Program-made: the position numbers and the translations under genes
The notes under the pieces: model-generated
The model's database searches: none
What the model saw: only the letters and a program-made list of their open reading frames with translations
What the model was told of the DNA's origin: nothing
Shown here: one piece after another, positions 23,355-35,444 of the stretch
Position numbering within the stretch: position 1 is the stretch's first letter
Layout of the letters: the number at the start of each line of letters is the position of its first letter
DNA from: Eledone cirrhosa
Taxonomy: Eukaryota
Direction of reading: 5' to 3'
DNA: 64,000 nt
NCBI GenBank assembly: GCA_964016885.1
Contig: OZ024740.1
Coordinates: forward strand, 78,492,001 to 78,556,000

Positions 23355-25750
23355 GTGTGTGGTGTGTGGTGTGTGCGGTGTGTGGTGTTTGTGTGGTGTG
23401 TGTGTGGTGTGTGGTGTGTGTGTGGTGTGTGGTGTGTGTGTGTGGTGTGTGTGGTGTGTTGTGTTTGGTGTGTGTGTGGTGTGTGTGGCATGTGGTGTGT
23501 GTGTGGTGTGTGGTGTGTGTGTGGTGTGTGGTGTGTGTGTGGTGTATGGTGTGTGGTGTGTGTGGTGTGGTATGCATGTGGTGTGTGTGTGGTGTGTGGT
23601 GTGTGTGTGGTGTGTGGTGTGTGTGTGGTGTGTGGTGTGTGTGTGGTGTGTGGTGTGTGGTGTGTGTGGTGTGGGTGGCATGTGGTGTGTGTGTGGTGTG
23701 TGGTGTGTGTGTGGTGTGTGGTGTGTGTGTGGTGTGTGGTGTGTGTGTGGTGTGTGGTGTGTGTGTGGTGTGAGGTGTGTGTGTGGTGTGTGGTGTGTGG
23801 TGTGTGTGGTGTGGGTGGCATGTGATGTGTGTGTGGTGTGTGGTGTGTGTGTGGTGTGTGGTGTGTGTGTGGTGTGTGGTGTGTGTGTGGTGTGTGGTGT
23901 GTGTGTGGTGTGAGGTGTGTGTGTGGTGTGTGGTGTGTTAGTGTGGTGTGTGTGGTGTGTGGTGTGTGTGGTGTGTGTGGCATGTGGTGTGTGTGTGGTG
24001 TGTGGAGTGTGTGTGGTGTGTGGTGTGTTTGTGTGGTGTGTGTGGTGTGTGGTGTGTGTGGCGTGTGGTGTGTGTGTGGTGTGTGATGTGTGGTGTGTGT
24101 GTGGTGTGTGGTGTGTGTGTGTGGTGTGTGTGTGTGGTGTGTGTGTGTGGTGTGTGTGGTGTGGTGTGTGTGGTGTGTGTGGCATGTGGTGTGTGTGGTG
24201 TGTGTGTGGTGTGTATATGTGGGCGGTTTGTGAGTGATGTCTCTGCTGTGTGTGTGGTGTATGGTGTGTGTGGTGTGTGTGGTGTGTGTGTGGTGTGTGG
24301 TGTGTGTGGTGTGTGTGGTGTATGTGTGGTGTCTATATGTGGGCGGTGTCTGTGTGCGGTGTGTGTGTGGTGTGTCGTGTGTCTATATCTGTGTGGTGTG
24401 TGTATATGTGTGCGGTGTGTGTGTGCGGTGTGTGATGTGTGTATGTGTGTGGTGTGTGTATATGTGGGTGGTGTGTGTATATATGTGTGGTGTGTGTATA
24501 TGTGGGCGGTGTGTGTATATATGAGTGGTGTGTGTATATGTGTGTGTGTGGTGTGTCTGTATGTGTGCGGTGTGTGGTGTGTGTGTATATGTGCGGTGTG
24601 TGTTGTGTGTATATCTGTGTGGTGTGTGTGTGTGTGTGTGGTGTGTGTGTGTATGTGTGTGGTGTGTGTGTGTATATGTGTGTGGTGTGTATATATATGC
24701 ATGTGGTGTGTGTATATGTATGTGGTGTGTGTATATGTATGTCGTGTGTGTATATGTGTACGGTGTGTGTATATGTATACGGTATGTGTATATGTGTGGT
24801 GTGTGTATATGTATGTTGTGTGTGTATATGTATGTGGTGTGTGTATATGTATGTCGTGTGTGAATATGTATGTCGTGTGTGTATATGTGTACGGTGTGTG
24901 TATATGTATGTGGTGTGTGTATATGTGTACGGTATGTGTATATGTATGTGGTGTGTGTATATGTGTATGGTGTGTGTATATGTATACGGTATGTGTATAT
25001 GTATGTGGTGTGTGTATATGTATGTCGTGTGTGTATATGTGTACGGTGTGTGTATATGTATGTGGTGTGTGTATATGTATGGCGTGTGTGTATATGTGTA
25101 CGGTGTGTGTATATGTGTGTGGTGTGTATATATATGCATGTGGTGTGTGTATATGTATGTGGTGTGTGTATATGTATGTGGTGTGTGTATATGTATGTGG
25201 TGTGTGTATATGTATGTGGTGTGTGTATATGTGTATGGTGTGTGTATATGTGTGTGGTGTGTATATATATGCATGTGGTGTGTGTATATGTATGTGGTGT
25301 GTGTATATGTATGTGGTGTGTGTATATGTATGTGGTGTGTGTATATGTATGTGGTGTGTGTATATGTGTATGGTGTGTGTATATGTATGTGATGTGTGTA
25401 TATGTATGTGGTGTGTGTATGTGTACGGTGTGTGTATATGTATGAGGTGTGTGTGTATGTGTATGGTGTGTGTATATGTATGTGGTGTGTGTATATGTGT
25501 ATGGTGTGTGTATATGTATACGGTATGTGTATATGTATGTGGTGTGTGTATATGTGTATGGTGTGTGTATATGTATACGGTGTGTGTATATGTGTGTGGT
25601 GTGTGTATATGTGTATGGTGTGTGTATATGTATACGGTATGTGTATATGTGTGTAGTTTGTGTATATGTATACGGTATGTGTATATGTGTATGGTGTGCA
25701 TATGTGTATGGTGTGTGTATCTGTATACGGTGTGTATATATATGTGTGTA
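22295..25750. repeat. 3.4-kb complex (TG)nG array grading into a 19/21-bp GT/AT minisatellite
   Basis: tgtgg/tgtgtgg units to about 24200, then gtggtgtgtgtatatgtat-type units. Confidence 0.92.
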
Positions 25751-25818
25751 CGAGTGCAAGGCATGCTTACACATGCTTAGAAAAGAGGGCACCATTTTAT
25801 TCAAATTAAATGTATTTT

Positions 25819-25850
<32 letters not shown>

Positions 25851-25972
25851 GGGGGCCGACATTGTAATCTTTTGTGTGCTTAGGGCCTCAAAATGACATA
25901 ATCCAGCTGTGTGTGTATGTATGTGTGTGTGTATGTATGTATGTATGTATGCATGTATGTATGTATGTATGT

Positions 25973-26011
<39 letters not shown>

Positions 26012-26414
26012 CGTGTCTAATATATTATTGTCGTTAAGCCAGAGATCAGCACGGATCAAACATGTTCAGGATCAAAGGCATTTCAATCTTGATCGGCCAA
26101 TTGTTTTCTATATTTAGCTGTTATTTCTAGCTAGTAGAACGACCACAAAGAGGCTTCCTTGTCAACACGATTTATTTTGTTTGGATTAATGCAGAGGTTT
26201 TCAAATCTTTTGTGCCACCGGCCCCCTCACAGCCATGTAATACCCTCAACGCCCCTTGCCCCTATTTCCAGAGAGACCTACCTACACGCAAATTGTAAAT
26301 AATATATAATAAATAAAATCGCTAATTTATATATAATAAATAATATAATATATACTATCTATAAGTAATATAATATATATACTTTTTATTTCACTATATT
26401 TATATATAATGGTT

Positions 26415-26612
26415 TCTTATATAGGCACAAGGCCAGCAATTTTGGGGAGGTTAAATGGACCCCAGTGCGTGACTGGTTCTTTATTTTATCGACTCTGTAA
26501 GGATGAAAGGCAAAGTTAACCTTGGCGGAATTTGAACTCAGATCATAAAAGGCCATAACTCTATGCTGCAAAGCTTGGTGTCCGACCCTCTACCGATACT
26601 GCCAATCCACTA
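26415..26612 (-). mobile_element. Abundant tRNA-type SINE (major family of this window)
   Basis: Minus strand ctgagttcaaattccgcc...ctttgcctttcatcc...gtcgataaaataaag...aattgctggccttgtgcc. Confidence 0.8.
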
Positions 26613-26649
26613 CTATATTTATTTGGTAGGTGAAACTGTGCAGAAGCCT

Positions 26650-26705
<56 letters not shown>

Positions 26706-26710
<5 letters not shown>

Positions 26711-27270
26711 GTAAGTATGTATGTATGTATACGTACATACATATATGTATACAGACGTACAGTAGTATGTATATATATACATACATGCACACACATATAT
26801 ATATATATGCACGTATCGGTTTATCGTTTTCGGTGCGGCCGGCCGACTGAACTCACTCGATATGCAAATTAGGCTGCTCACCCGTTAATATGCATAAGGA
26901 AAGTATATACTTTCAGACGTTCAACTATCTGGCAGGAAGGTATACGATGCTGACGATAGCTAATAAGCTTGAAACTAGTACATCGTCCCTGTGTCAGTGT
27001 TGAACAAAAACGTGACGTGGTTGCCTAAACACTGTACGGCGTAATTCGGGCTGTTTGTTTGTTTACAAACAAACAAACCGAGCATTATAATAAATGTTCG
27101 GTAAACCGATACGTGCATATATATATGTGTGCATGTATGTATATATATACATACTACTGTACGTCTGTATACATATATGTATGTACGTATACATACATAC
27201 ATACTTACATTTAAGTAAGTGCCGTACTAAGAGTGAGAAATGAAATTTCGTTTCATTCTATTCCATTTAT
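26706..27270 (+). mobile_element. Penelope-like module with ~115-bp inverted arms enclosing a hammerhead
   Basis: 26706-26826 is the reverse complement of about 27099-27212; flanked by (TA)n. Confidence 0.7.
26944..26986 (+). ncRNA. Minimal type I hammerhead ribozyme motif (best preserved)
   Basis: acgatg CTGACGA t agct aata agct t GAAAC ta GTA catcgt; 6-bp stem I, GUA triplet. Confidence 0.8.
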
Positions 27271-27488
27271 ATATATATATATATACAAAATTTAGTACAT
27301 CAACGAAGCTCTGGTTGCAGCCAAGCTAGCGAATGCAGTCTCGGTGTGCAGCTAAGCACTCAATAGGGTATATTACCCTAGAGTTATAACATTACGTTTA
27401 GACAGCTTTGCAAATCGAATACAGCGACCGATAGACGGGCCGCAGTGACCTTAGCGACGAAAAAAACTGAACTCAGGAAAAATTTTTT

Positions 27489-27833
<345 letters not shown>

Positions 27834-28150
27834 GAAGTTGGAAATAGCACGGAAATATATTTTTTTTCCGTTTTTCTTTTTTCCCTTTGTTTGATTCGTC
27901 AAAGTGACATTATTGAAAAGATATGTCATTATTGAAAAAATGTGAGGGACAATTCTTTTAAAAAAGAATTTTATAATGTATATAAAGTATTACCGGTTTC
28001 GGTGTATTATTAAAATTCATCTTATCAAATGTTGAGTGTTACGATTAAAAAGAATTAATAAGAATAAAAAACTAAAAAATTAGATTTCAAAATAATTGTT
28101 GGAGTAAGTTTTTTTTCATCTTATATATATATATATATATACTATATACA

Positions 28151-28206
<56 letters not shown>

Positions 28207-28211
<5 letters not shown>

Positions 28212-28410
28212 AAAATGTTCAGGACCCCGACGACAGAGCTCAAGCCGTTTCGACGGCTATTTCTGGACTCCAGAAATAGCCGTCGAAATGGCTTGAGTAA
28301 TGCCATCGGGATCCTGAACATTTTCCTATTACCCACTCTACTACCCAAAGTATTGAGTACTCTGGTGCGTTATGGTCCACCTGGTTCCTTGCCACACTTT
28401 CTTCGTTATA
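28207..28410 (+). mobile_element. Penelope-like terminus with ~120-bp fold-back in (TA)n; same terminus inverted at 50768-50816
   Basis: ggaaaatgttcagga...tcctgaacattttcc palindrome; tggtccacctggttccttgccacactttcttcgtta vs taacgaaggaaatgtggtaaggaaccaggtggacca. Confidence 0.65.
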
Positions 28411-28535
28411 TATATATATATATATATATATATACAAAATTAATTTAAATTAAGGGTGTCATGTCAGATAGACATGCGCCATATCACCCGTAAAATATGC
28501 TCCAAGATTCCAATGAAGAGATCCGAGCATTTTTT

Positions 28536-28875
28536 ATCAACTAGAAATTGATTGACATATAAATATATCTAAAATAAACATATGAAACAATCACAGGGGA
28601 TAATTTATAAAAGTGTGTAAGCACACATAGCTATGTAGGTAACTAAATAAAGTTTAACTAGAACTTCAAAAATAGATACCTTATAAATTGATTAATGGAA
28701 TATATACAAGGAAGATTAATCAATTTATAAGGTATCTATTTTTGAAGTTCTAGTTAAACTTTATTTAGTTACCTACATAGCTATGTGTGCTTACACACTT
28801 TTACAAATTATCCCCTGTGATTGTTTCATATGTTTATTTTAGATATATTTATATGTCAATCAATTTCTAGTTGAT
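28536..28875. repeat. Near-perfect inverted repeat with ~160-bp arms and ~18-bp spacer
   Basis: atcaactagaaattgattgac...ttgattaat / attaatcaa...gtcaatcaatttctagttgat. Confidence 0.92.
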
Positions 28876-28889
28876 ATATATATATACAT

Positions 28890-29098
<209 letters not shown>

Positions 29099-29619
29099 CA
29101 AATGGAAGTTTAGTAAAATCGAAGCTTCGGCTTTAGCCAACCCAACGAAATACAATTAGGAATTATACAGCCAATCAGTCCTTGAGAAAGCTCAGATTAA
29201 TATCATTCGTTAGACGGCATGACAAATTGAAAACTGTGGCAGGTAAGCCTAGCCACGATACCAAAGCAACAAAAAGACTAACTGCTTGGTTAATAAACAA
29301 ACCTGGACCGTCTTGGAGGCAGAGTCGTTTCTCCGATAGGTAGGTTTCTATGAATTCCAAATCAACAATCCTACTTGCGCAAGTATGCAAGTTTTTGGTG
29401 TTTGAAGACCGAACTGTGGATTCATGTTATCAACAGGTTTCCGTTCTATGCCTTGACCCGGTGTGGTATGAAGTATCAAGCCACTGTTGTTGGCAGTGAC
29501 TATGCCTCAACTATCACGTGCTTTTTCCCCAAAAGGGAAACAACTCCGGGTATATATACACTAAAATTAGGAGGGTTGACAAAGGAAGATAACGAACGGA
29601 AACATGGCAAAGATTTTTT

Positions 29620-29770
29620 TTAAATAAAAAGACAAACGAAAGACACAGAACTTCAATGTCTTCAGCCGTTTAGATCGAATTCTGGCACTTTCGACCCCTA
29701 CCGACGGTATTGCTGGTCCACCTGGGGTCACTGCGTTTGACCTAAGCCAAAGCGCTGCCCGTGGTGTGAA
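29620..29770. repeat. Unclassified interspersed repeat; second copy at 55310-55440
   Basis: aaataaaaa..caaacgaaagacacagaact...tgctggtcc..ctggggtcac...aagccaaa in both. Confidence 0.7.
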
Positions 29771-29840
29771 AGACAAGACAAAATAACAATTCATAGCAAT
29801 TAAGCCATAACAGATACGCGCGCGTGTGTGTGTGTTTGTA

Positions 29841-29925
<85 letters not shown>

Positions 29926-30102
29926 ATACCATGTAGCTTAGATGTTCGACAAAAATTCAACAATAAAATAAGTACAAGGGTTGGTACGTTGGGTTAAATC
30001 CCTCGAGGGTAGCACCCCCAGTTTAGCCGCAATTTTATGATTGAAACCAGTAAACGAGTAAAAGAATATACAGGCTATATCATATGTTCGTGTATATATA
30101 AT

Positions 30103-30292
30103 TGTTTCTACATTTGGCACAAGGCCAGCAATTTGAAGGGAAGAGGAAAGTCGACTAAATAGACTCCAGTGCGTTTATCGACCCCGTAAGGATGAAAGGC
30201 AAAGTTAACCGCGGCGGGATTTGAAATCAGACCGTAAAGGGACGTAACTATGCTGGAAAGCATGGCGTCCAACCCTCTACCAATCCACCATC
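30103..30292 (-). mobile_element. Major-family SINE
   Basis: ggcacaaggccagcaattt...gatgaaaggcaaagttaacc. Confidence 0.8.
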
Positions 30293-30472
30293 TACTTTAG
30301 TCTTAAATTGTGGTTACCCCGGCTTTTTAAACCACATGATATATAACAAACCTAACACACACAAACCCACACACTATACGTAAACACACGTGTCTATGTG
30401 TGTTTGTGTGTATAGATCTATATGTGTTTATGTGCATGCGTGTTTATGTGTGTGTGTGTGTGTGTATGTTTA

Positions 30473-30567
<95 letters not shown>

Positions 30568-31047
30568 ATGTGCATATGTGCATGTGTACGTACTGATACA
30601 TACGTAGTCGGGGTGGGTAAAGCTGGAGTGTGTGTGCGGTACGTTAAGCTGTAGTAGTGAATGTGTGTGTGTATGTGTATGTATGTGTTTGTGTGTGCGT
30701 GTATGAGTATGTCCAGCAGCTGTAAGCACTATTAGAAGGGATCCTATTAATTACACTAACCCTCACCCTCCTATGCCATCCAAACCTACCCCATCCTACA
30801 CCCCGTCCTCGCCCATCTCCACCCTACCCCTGATACCCACACCTACACAGAGCAATGAGGGCAGGGCAGCAATTAGAACCAGTGCACTGCCTCACCCCTT
30901 GGATTACAACAGTGCAGCTCTGGTTGCCCTGTATAGTAGTGGTGGCGGTGGTGGTAGTAAACTTCGCTTCCTTCCTGTTTCCTTCTGTTACACACACACA
31001 CAGGCATATATATATATACATATACACACACACACATATCACACACA

Positions 31048-31117
<70 letters not shown>

Positions 31118-31145
31118 TACACGTACACACACATATATTAAGCAT

Positions 31146-31191
<46 letters not shown>

Positions 31192-31299
31192 ACTGAAACA
31201 CATATAAACATTTTAATTGTAGATGTGTTAGTTTTGTTTTGTACTCAGTTTCGTGTTGTTGATTTTTAATGCCTCAGGTCAGCTCTAGAACTGACCTAT

Positions 31300-31789
31300 A
31301 ATCAATTTGGAGTAACATAACTTAATAGAGTACGTAGCTCAGAGATCAGAGTGTCACTTCAGGTAGAGCCGCTACTCCTCTGAATTGAGAGATCCCCGCT
31401 CCGGTGTTATAGACATTGAATTAGAATGTCTCAGGAAAGAATGGCTGGACAGATTTTACGGGCAAAACCAGTCGGCAGGAGACCCAGAGGTAGACCCCGA
31501 GTAAGTTGGTTGGATAACATATATCAGAATCCAAAGAAGAAAGCAGCATAAAGTTTATATCTTTAAGAGAAATGGACCTGAAGATGAGAGTAATTGCAGT
31601 ATATGTACATGTGGATCTAGAAGAAGAAGAAGAAGAAGAAGAAGAAGAAGAAGAAGAAGAAGAAGAAGAAGAAGAAGAAGAAGAAGAAGAAGAAGAAGAA
31701 GAAGAAGAAGAAGAAGAAGAAGAAGAAGAAGAAGAAGAAGAAGAAGAAGAAGAAGAAGAAGAAGAAGAAGAAGAAGAAGAAGAAGAAGA
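31300..31789 (+). mobile_element. RTE (Rex3/Expander-like) 3' fragment ending in (GAA)n (31620-31789)
   Basis: LQVEPLLL*IERSPLRCYRH*IRMSQERMAGQILRAKPVGRRPRGRPRVSWLDNI. Confidence 0.7.
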
Positions 31790-33925
31790 CTCTAGACGCT
31801 TAAAGAAGTCTGGCCGTGATTGCGATTGCCCGCCGGTCGGGGCATAAACGGCCACCAGTCTACCCTTCGGGTCCAAGTGTACTTGCTGTACTTCGACGTC
31901 CAGGTTCTTCCGAAACATGACAGCCAATCACCCTCCAACTCCCGGCTGACAGAGAGATGCGTAGATCTCAAAGTCGCCGAAGGTAGGGGTTAGTTGCTGC
32001 CTGTTGTGGATCCTGGACTCGGTGATGGCTATCGAAACCTTTATTAGTTTTAGACGTGGAGACGATTCTGCTTTGACGAATGTTTTGCCCTCCGTCTCCA
32101 CCTTGGGGTTTTGGGAGATGACCTCCATCAAACTCTTGTTGTTTGTGTTGATGTATGCGCATTGTTGTTTGTGTTGATGTATGCGCATTGTTGTTTGTGT
32201 TTTTTTGTGTTGTTTTAGTTTGTTGTTCGTCCGGAAGTTTTCTTTTTATGGTGGGTGCTTGTGTTTGGGGTGGTGTTGGTGCTGGTTTTGCTGATAGGGG
32301 GATGTTTGACTGTGGTGTTGTTTGTGTCTGTGGTTGTGTTTTGGTGTTGGTGATTGGCGTTTTGGAGGTTTTGTGGTGTCTTTTTTTTTGTTTTTTAGAT
32401 TTCCGAGGCTCTCCTTCTTCTTCACTTAAAGAAGGAGAAGCAGCCTCATCTGTCGGTGAATAATCATCGTCAGGCGTGTGGAGTAGAGGTATGTTGTGTG
32501 GTGGTGGTGTTACAGTGTGTGTGTTCTGGTAGTGCTTGATGGAGTGGGATGAGGTGGGGCTGTGTTCTTCAGGAGTGTTGTCTGTGTTTTTTCTGTTATT
32601 GTTGGTTGAGTGGCTGTTTGTTTTGGTGTGTTTTTTAAATGATGTTGTTGTGGTGTGTTTGTGAAGGACAGGAGGCCTTTAGGTGTGTTGTGCTACCACA
32701 GCGAAAGCAATGAAGTTTACAACCCTCCACCGAAATGTTTATTTTGTTGTTGTCGTCGATGACGACTTTTTCGGGTATTTTGGAGATTCTCTCCGGCCTC
32801 ATTTGCATCAGAATCTCCAAATCAGTACCCGCCCACCTTTGTCTAATAGTCTTTCGTATCGAAAGAATCATATCAGTCTCTGGGTCTACGAAGCCAGCCA
32901 AGATCCACCAGATGTTAATGTTTGGTGGTATATTTTTTTTTTTTTTTTTGTGTCCTTTTTCCCATGTACGTAGGGAAAAAGGTGAATGCTTTTGACACCA
33001 TTGGAGTCACAGAATATTTTTGGGCGAGTGCCTCGCTTTTAAACAGTACGGAAACACTTCCGTACTGTTTTCCTCGTTGGAGAAAGTCAATATTTGCTAG
33101 AGTCTCCTTGAAGGTGGCTTCTATATCTCCTTGACTAACAAATATTGGCTTTCTCGTTGTTTTGGAGACAGTCCTAAAGGTCACTGTCCTTCGAACTGTC
33201 TCTTCTTTTATTTCGAGGGGTGAGTTAATTCTAAACCCACCCTTGTCTTCGAAAGTTACAAATTTTCTCCCTTGCTGGAGCATATCTCTTACATTGGAGA
33301 TGTCAAAATTTATAAAATCTTGTTTTTTGTTCAGTTTCAGTGAAAGACATTTTTTTTGTGTGGTGTTGCTGTTGTTGTTGTTGTTATCGGTGTTAGCCTC
33401 GGTGTTGGAAATCTCAATTTCTTGACGAGGTGAAACTTTATGTGTAGATGTATCTATGGAGTTGTTGTTGTTGTCTTGTTCATGTGTATGTATGTTAATA
33501 GGTTTAATTCCTGTGTTTTCCTGTGTGTTATTGTTATTTTTCTCCGCTTCGACGATAGAAATTTTAAAATCTTCAAGTGGTAATATTTTTTTCCCTTTGT
33601 TGACAGTCGTATCTATGGCGACGTCCATAGTAGCAGAAGCAGATATAACGTTAATAGCTGCCTCTCTACCTCTCTTCTCTCTGTCGACGTTCTCTAGCGT
33701 TCTTTCCGAACTATTCATGTTTTATAGTTGGCAAAATTTCATATTTTAAAACAATTTTTAAATTAAATTTTCGCCCCTAAAGGGGCGAAAAATGGGATTA
33801 CCACCCAGCTGACAATTCAGCTTGGGGGTTAATCTACAAAATGATATGTTTTTTCAAATAATTAGTTCGGTTTTTTGCATAGAAATTAACAAAAAAGCTT
33901 ACCGGCGATGTTCCACGCGTCAGGC
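31790..33925 (-). mobile_element. 5' part of a Tx1-type LINE (5' UTR, ORF1, start of APE) with internal deletions; 5' end abuts (GATA)n
   Basis: ORF1 32915-33718 and 32635-32901 (VEGCKLHCFRCGSTTHLKASCP); IAITESRI and VAVYAP (APE). Confidence 0.85.
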
Positions 33926-33984
<59 letters not shown>

Positions 33985-34330
33985 CCGATGCATTTAACAT
34001 AAGACAGTATCGACACCACATTTGGACAGCAGCGAAAAATACCAAACAAAACAAATAAACAGCACTGCTTTATATTCAGTAATAAAGCTAGAAATTTAAC
34101 TTGACAGCTTGGTATCTGTGTGCGTGTGTGTCTGTGAGTGTGTGTTTGTGGGTGTGTTTGTGTGTGTGTATGTGTGTGTTTGTGTGTTTGTGTGTCTCTG
34201 TGTGTGTTTGTGTGTGTTTGTGTGTCTGTGTGTTGTGTGTGTTTGTGTGTCTCTGTGTGTGTTTCTGTGTGTTTGTGTGTCTTTATGTGTCTGTGTGTGC
34301 GCGTGTGTGCGTGTGTCTGTGTGCATGTGT

Positions 34331-34372
<42 letters not shown>

Positions 34373-34644
34373 GTGTGTGTATGTGTATGTATTTGTGTGT
34401 GTTATCGTGTTTGTTTTGGTTTTTGGTTTTGATGTTGTTGTGAAGAGAAAAAGAAAGCATGTGTTGTAAGAATGATAAGAGAGTTCTGGGTTTCAGTTGA
34501 GTGTTAAAAAGTGCAGTTTTAGCCACGAGAACAGACATTTGTTGAACAGGTGGATAGATTTCTTCAAATGATTGACAATATTTCTTACATTTTACACAGC
34601 GTTAGATTAATAGATGAAAGCGAGGAGGAAGTAGTACAAATGTT

Positions 34645-35029
34645 TAATGTATGTATGTATGTATTTACGTATGTATGTATGCCTGTATGTATGTATGTAT
34701 GTATGCCTGTATGTATGTATGTATGTATGTATGTATGTATGTATGTATGTATGTATGCCTGTATGTATGTATGTATGTTTTTACGTATGTATGTATGTAT
34801 GTATGTATGTATGTATGTATGTATGTATGTATGTTTGTATGCATGTATGTATGCCTGTATGTATGCCTGTATGTATGTATGTGTTTACGTATGTATGTAT
34901 GCCTGTATGTATGCCTGTATGTATGCCTGTATGTATGTATGTGTTTACGTATGTATGTATGCCTGTATGTATGCCTGTATGTATGCCTGTATGTATGTAT
35001 GTGTTTACGTATGTATGTATGCCTGTATG

Positions 35030-35035
<6 letters not shown>
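34645..35035. repeat. Complex (ATGT)n array with ATGCCTGT and TTTACGT variants
   Basis: Seen directly; the variant pattern continues at 39468 after the RTE insertion. Confidence 0.9.
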
Positions 35036-35068
<33 letters not shown>

Positions 35069-35070
<2 letters not shown>

Positions 35071-35369
35071 GCGGGGACATAGAAATAATCGGGCTGGATG
35101 CCCGATCGCGCAGTTAAACCACTGGGAGTGAAGAACCCCTAGCCCATGTCAGGGTATTCTTCTAGGAGAAGGCATCTCAGGAAACTGGGTTAACTCCGAT
35201 ATAAAACCTGCGGCTCAGTAGTTACCGATGATGTTGATCTTTTCTTCTTTTCGGGTTATAGCTACTGTCGCTCAGAGAGTGGGATTGGTTCAGTGCACAG
35301 TCTTTCCTCACTTTAAAAATATTCGTCACGCACAGGCATTGCACGAGTGCATTAATAATTATTAGTAGT

Positions 35370-35406
<37 letters not shown>

Positions 35407-35411
35407 TATTA

Positions 35412-35444
<33 letters not shown>

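Noticed and set aside
22295-24200. Telomeric repeat
   Set aside because: Resembles yeast TG1-3 only superficially; no TTAGGG, internal position, and it grades into a minisatellite.
22214-25883. Long His/Thr- or Cys/Val-rich ORFs (up to 642 aa)
   Set aside because: Translations of GT-rich simple repeats that lack stop codons in several frames.
31421-31927. Poly-Ser / poly-Glu proteins
   Set aside because: Read-through of the (GAA)n tract between two retroelement fragments.
34550-35131. MYVC-repeat ORFs (also 53829-54439)
   Set aside because: Translations of (ATGT)n arrays.
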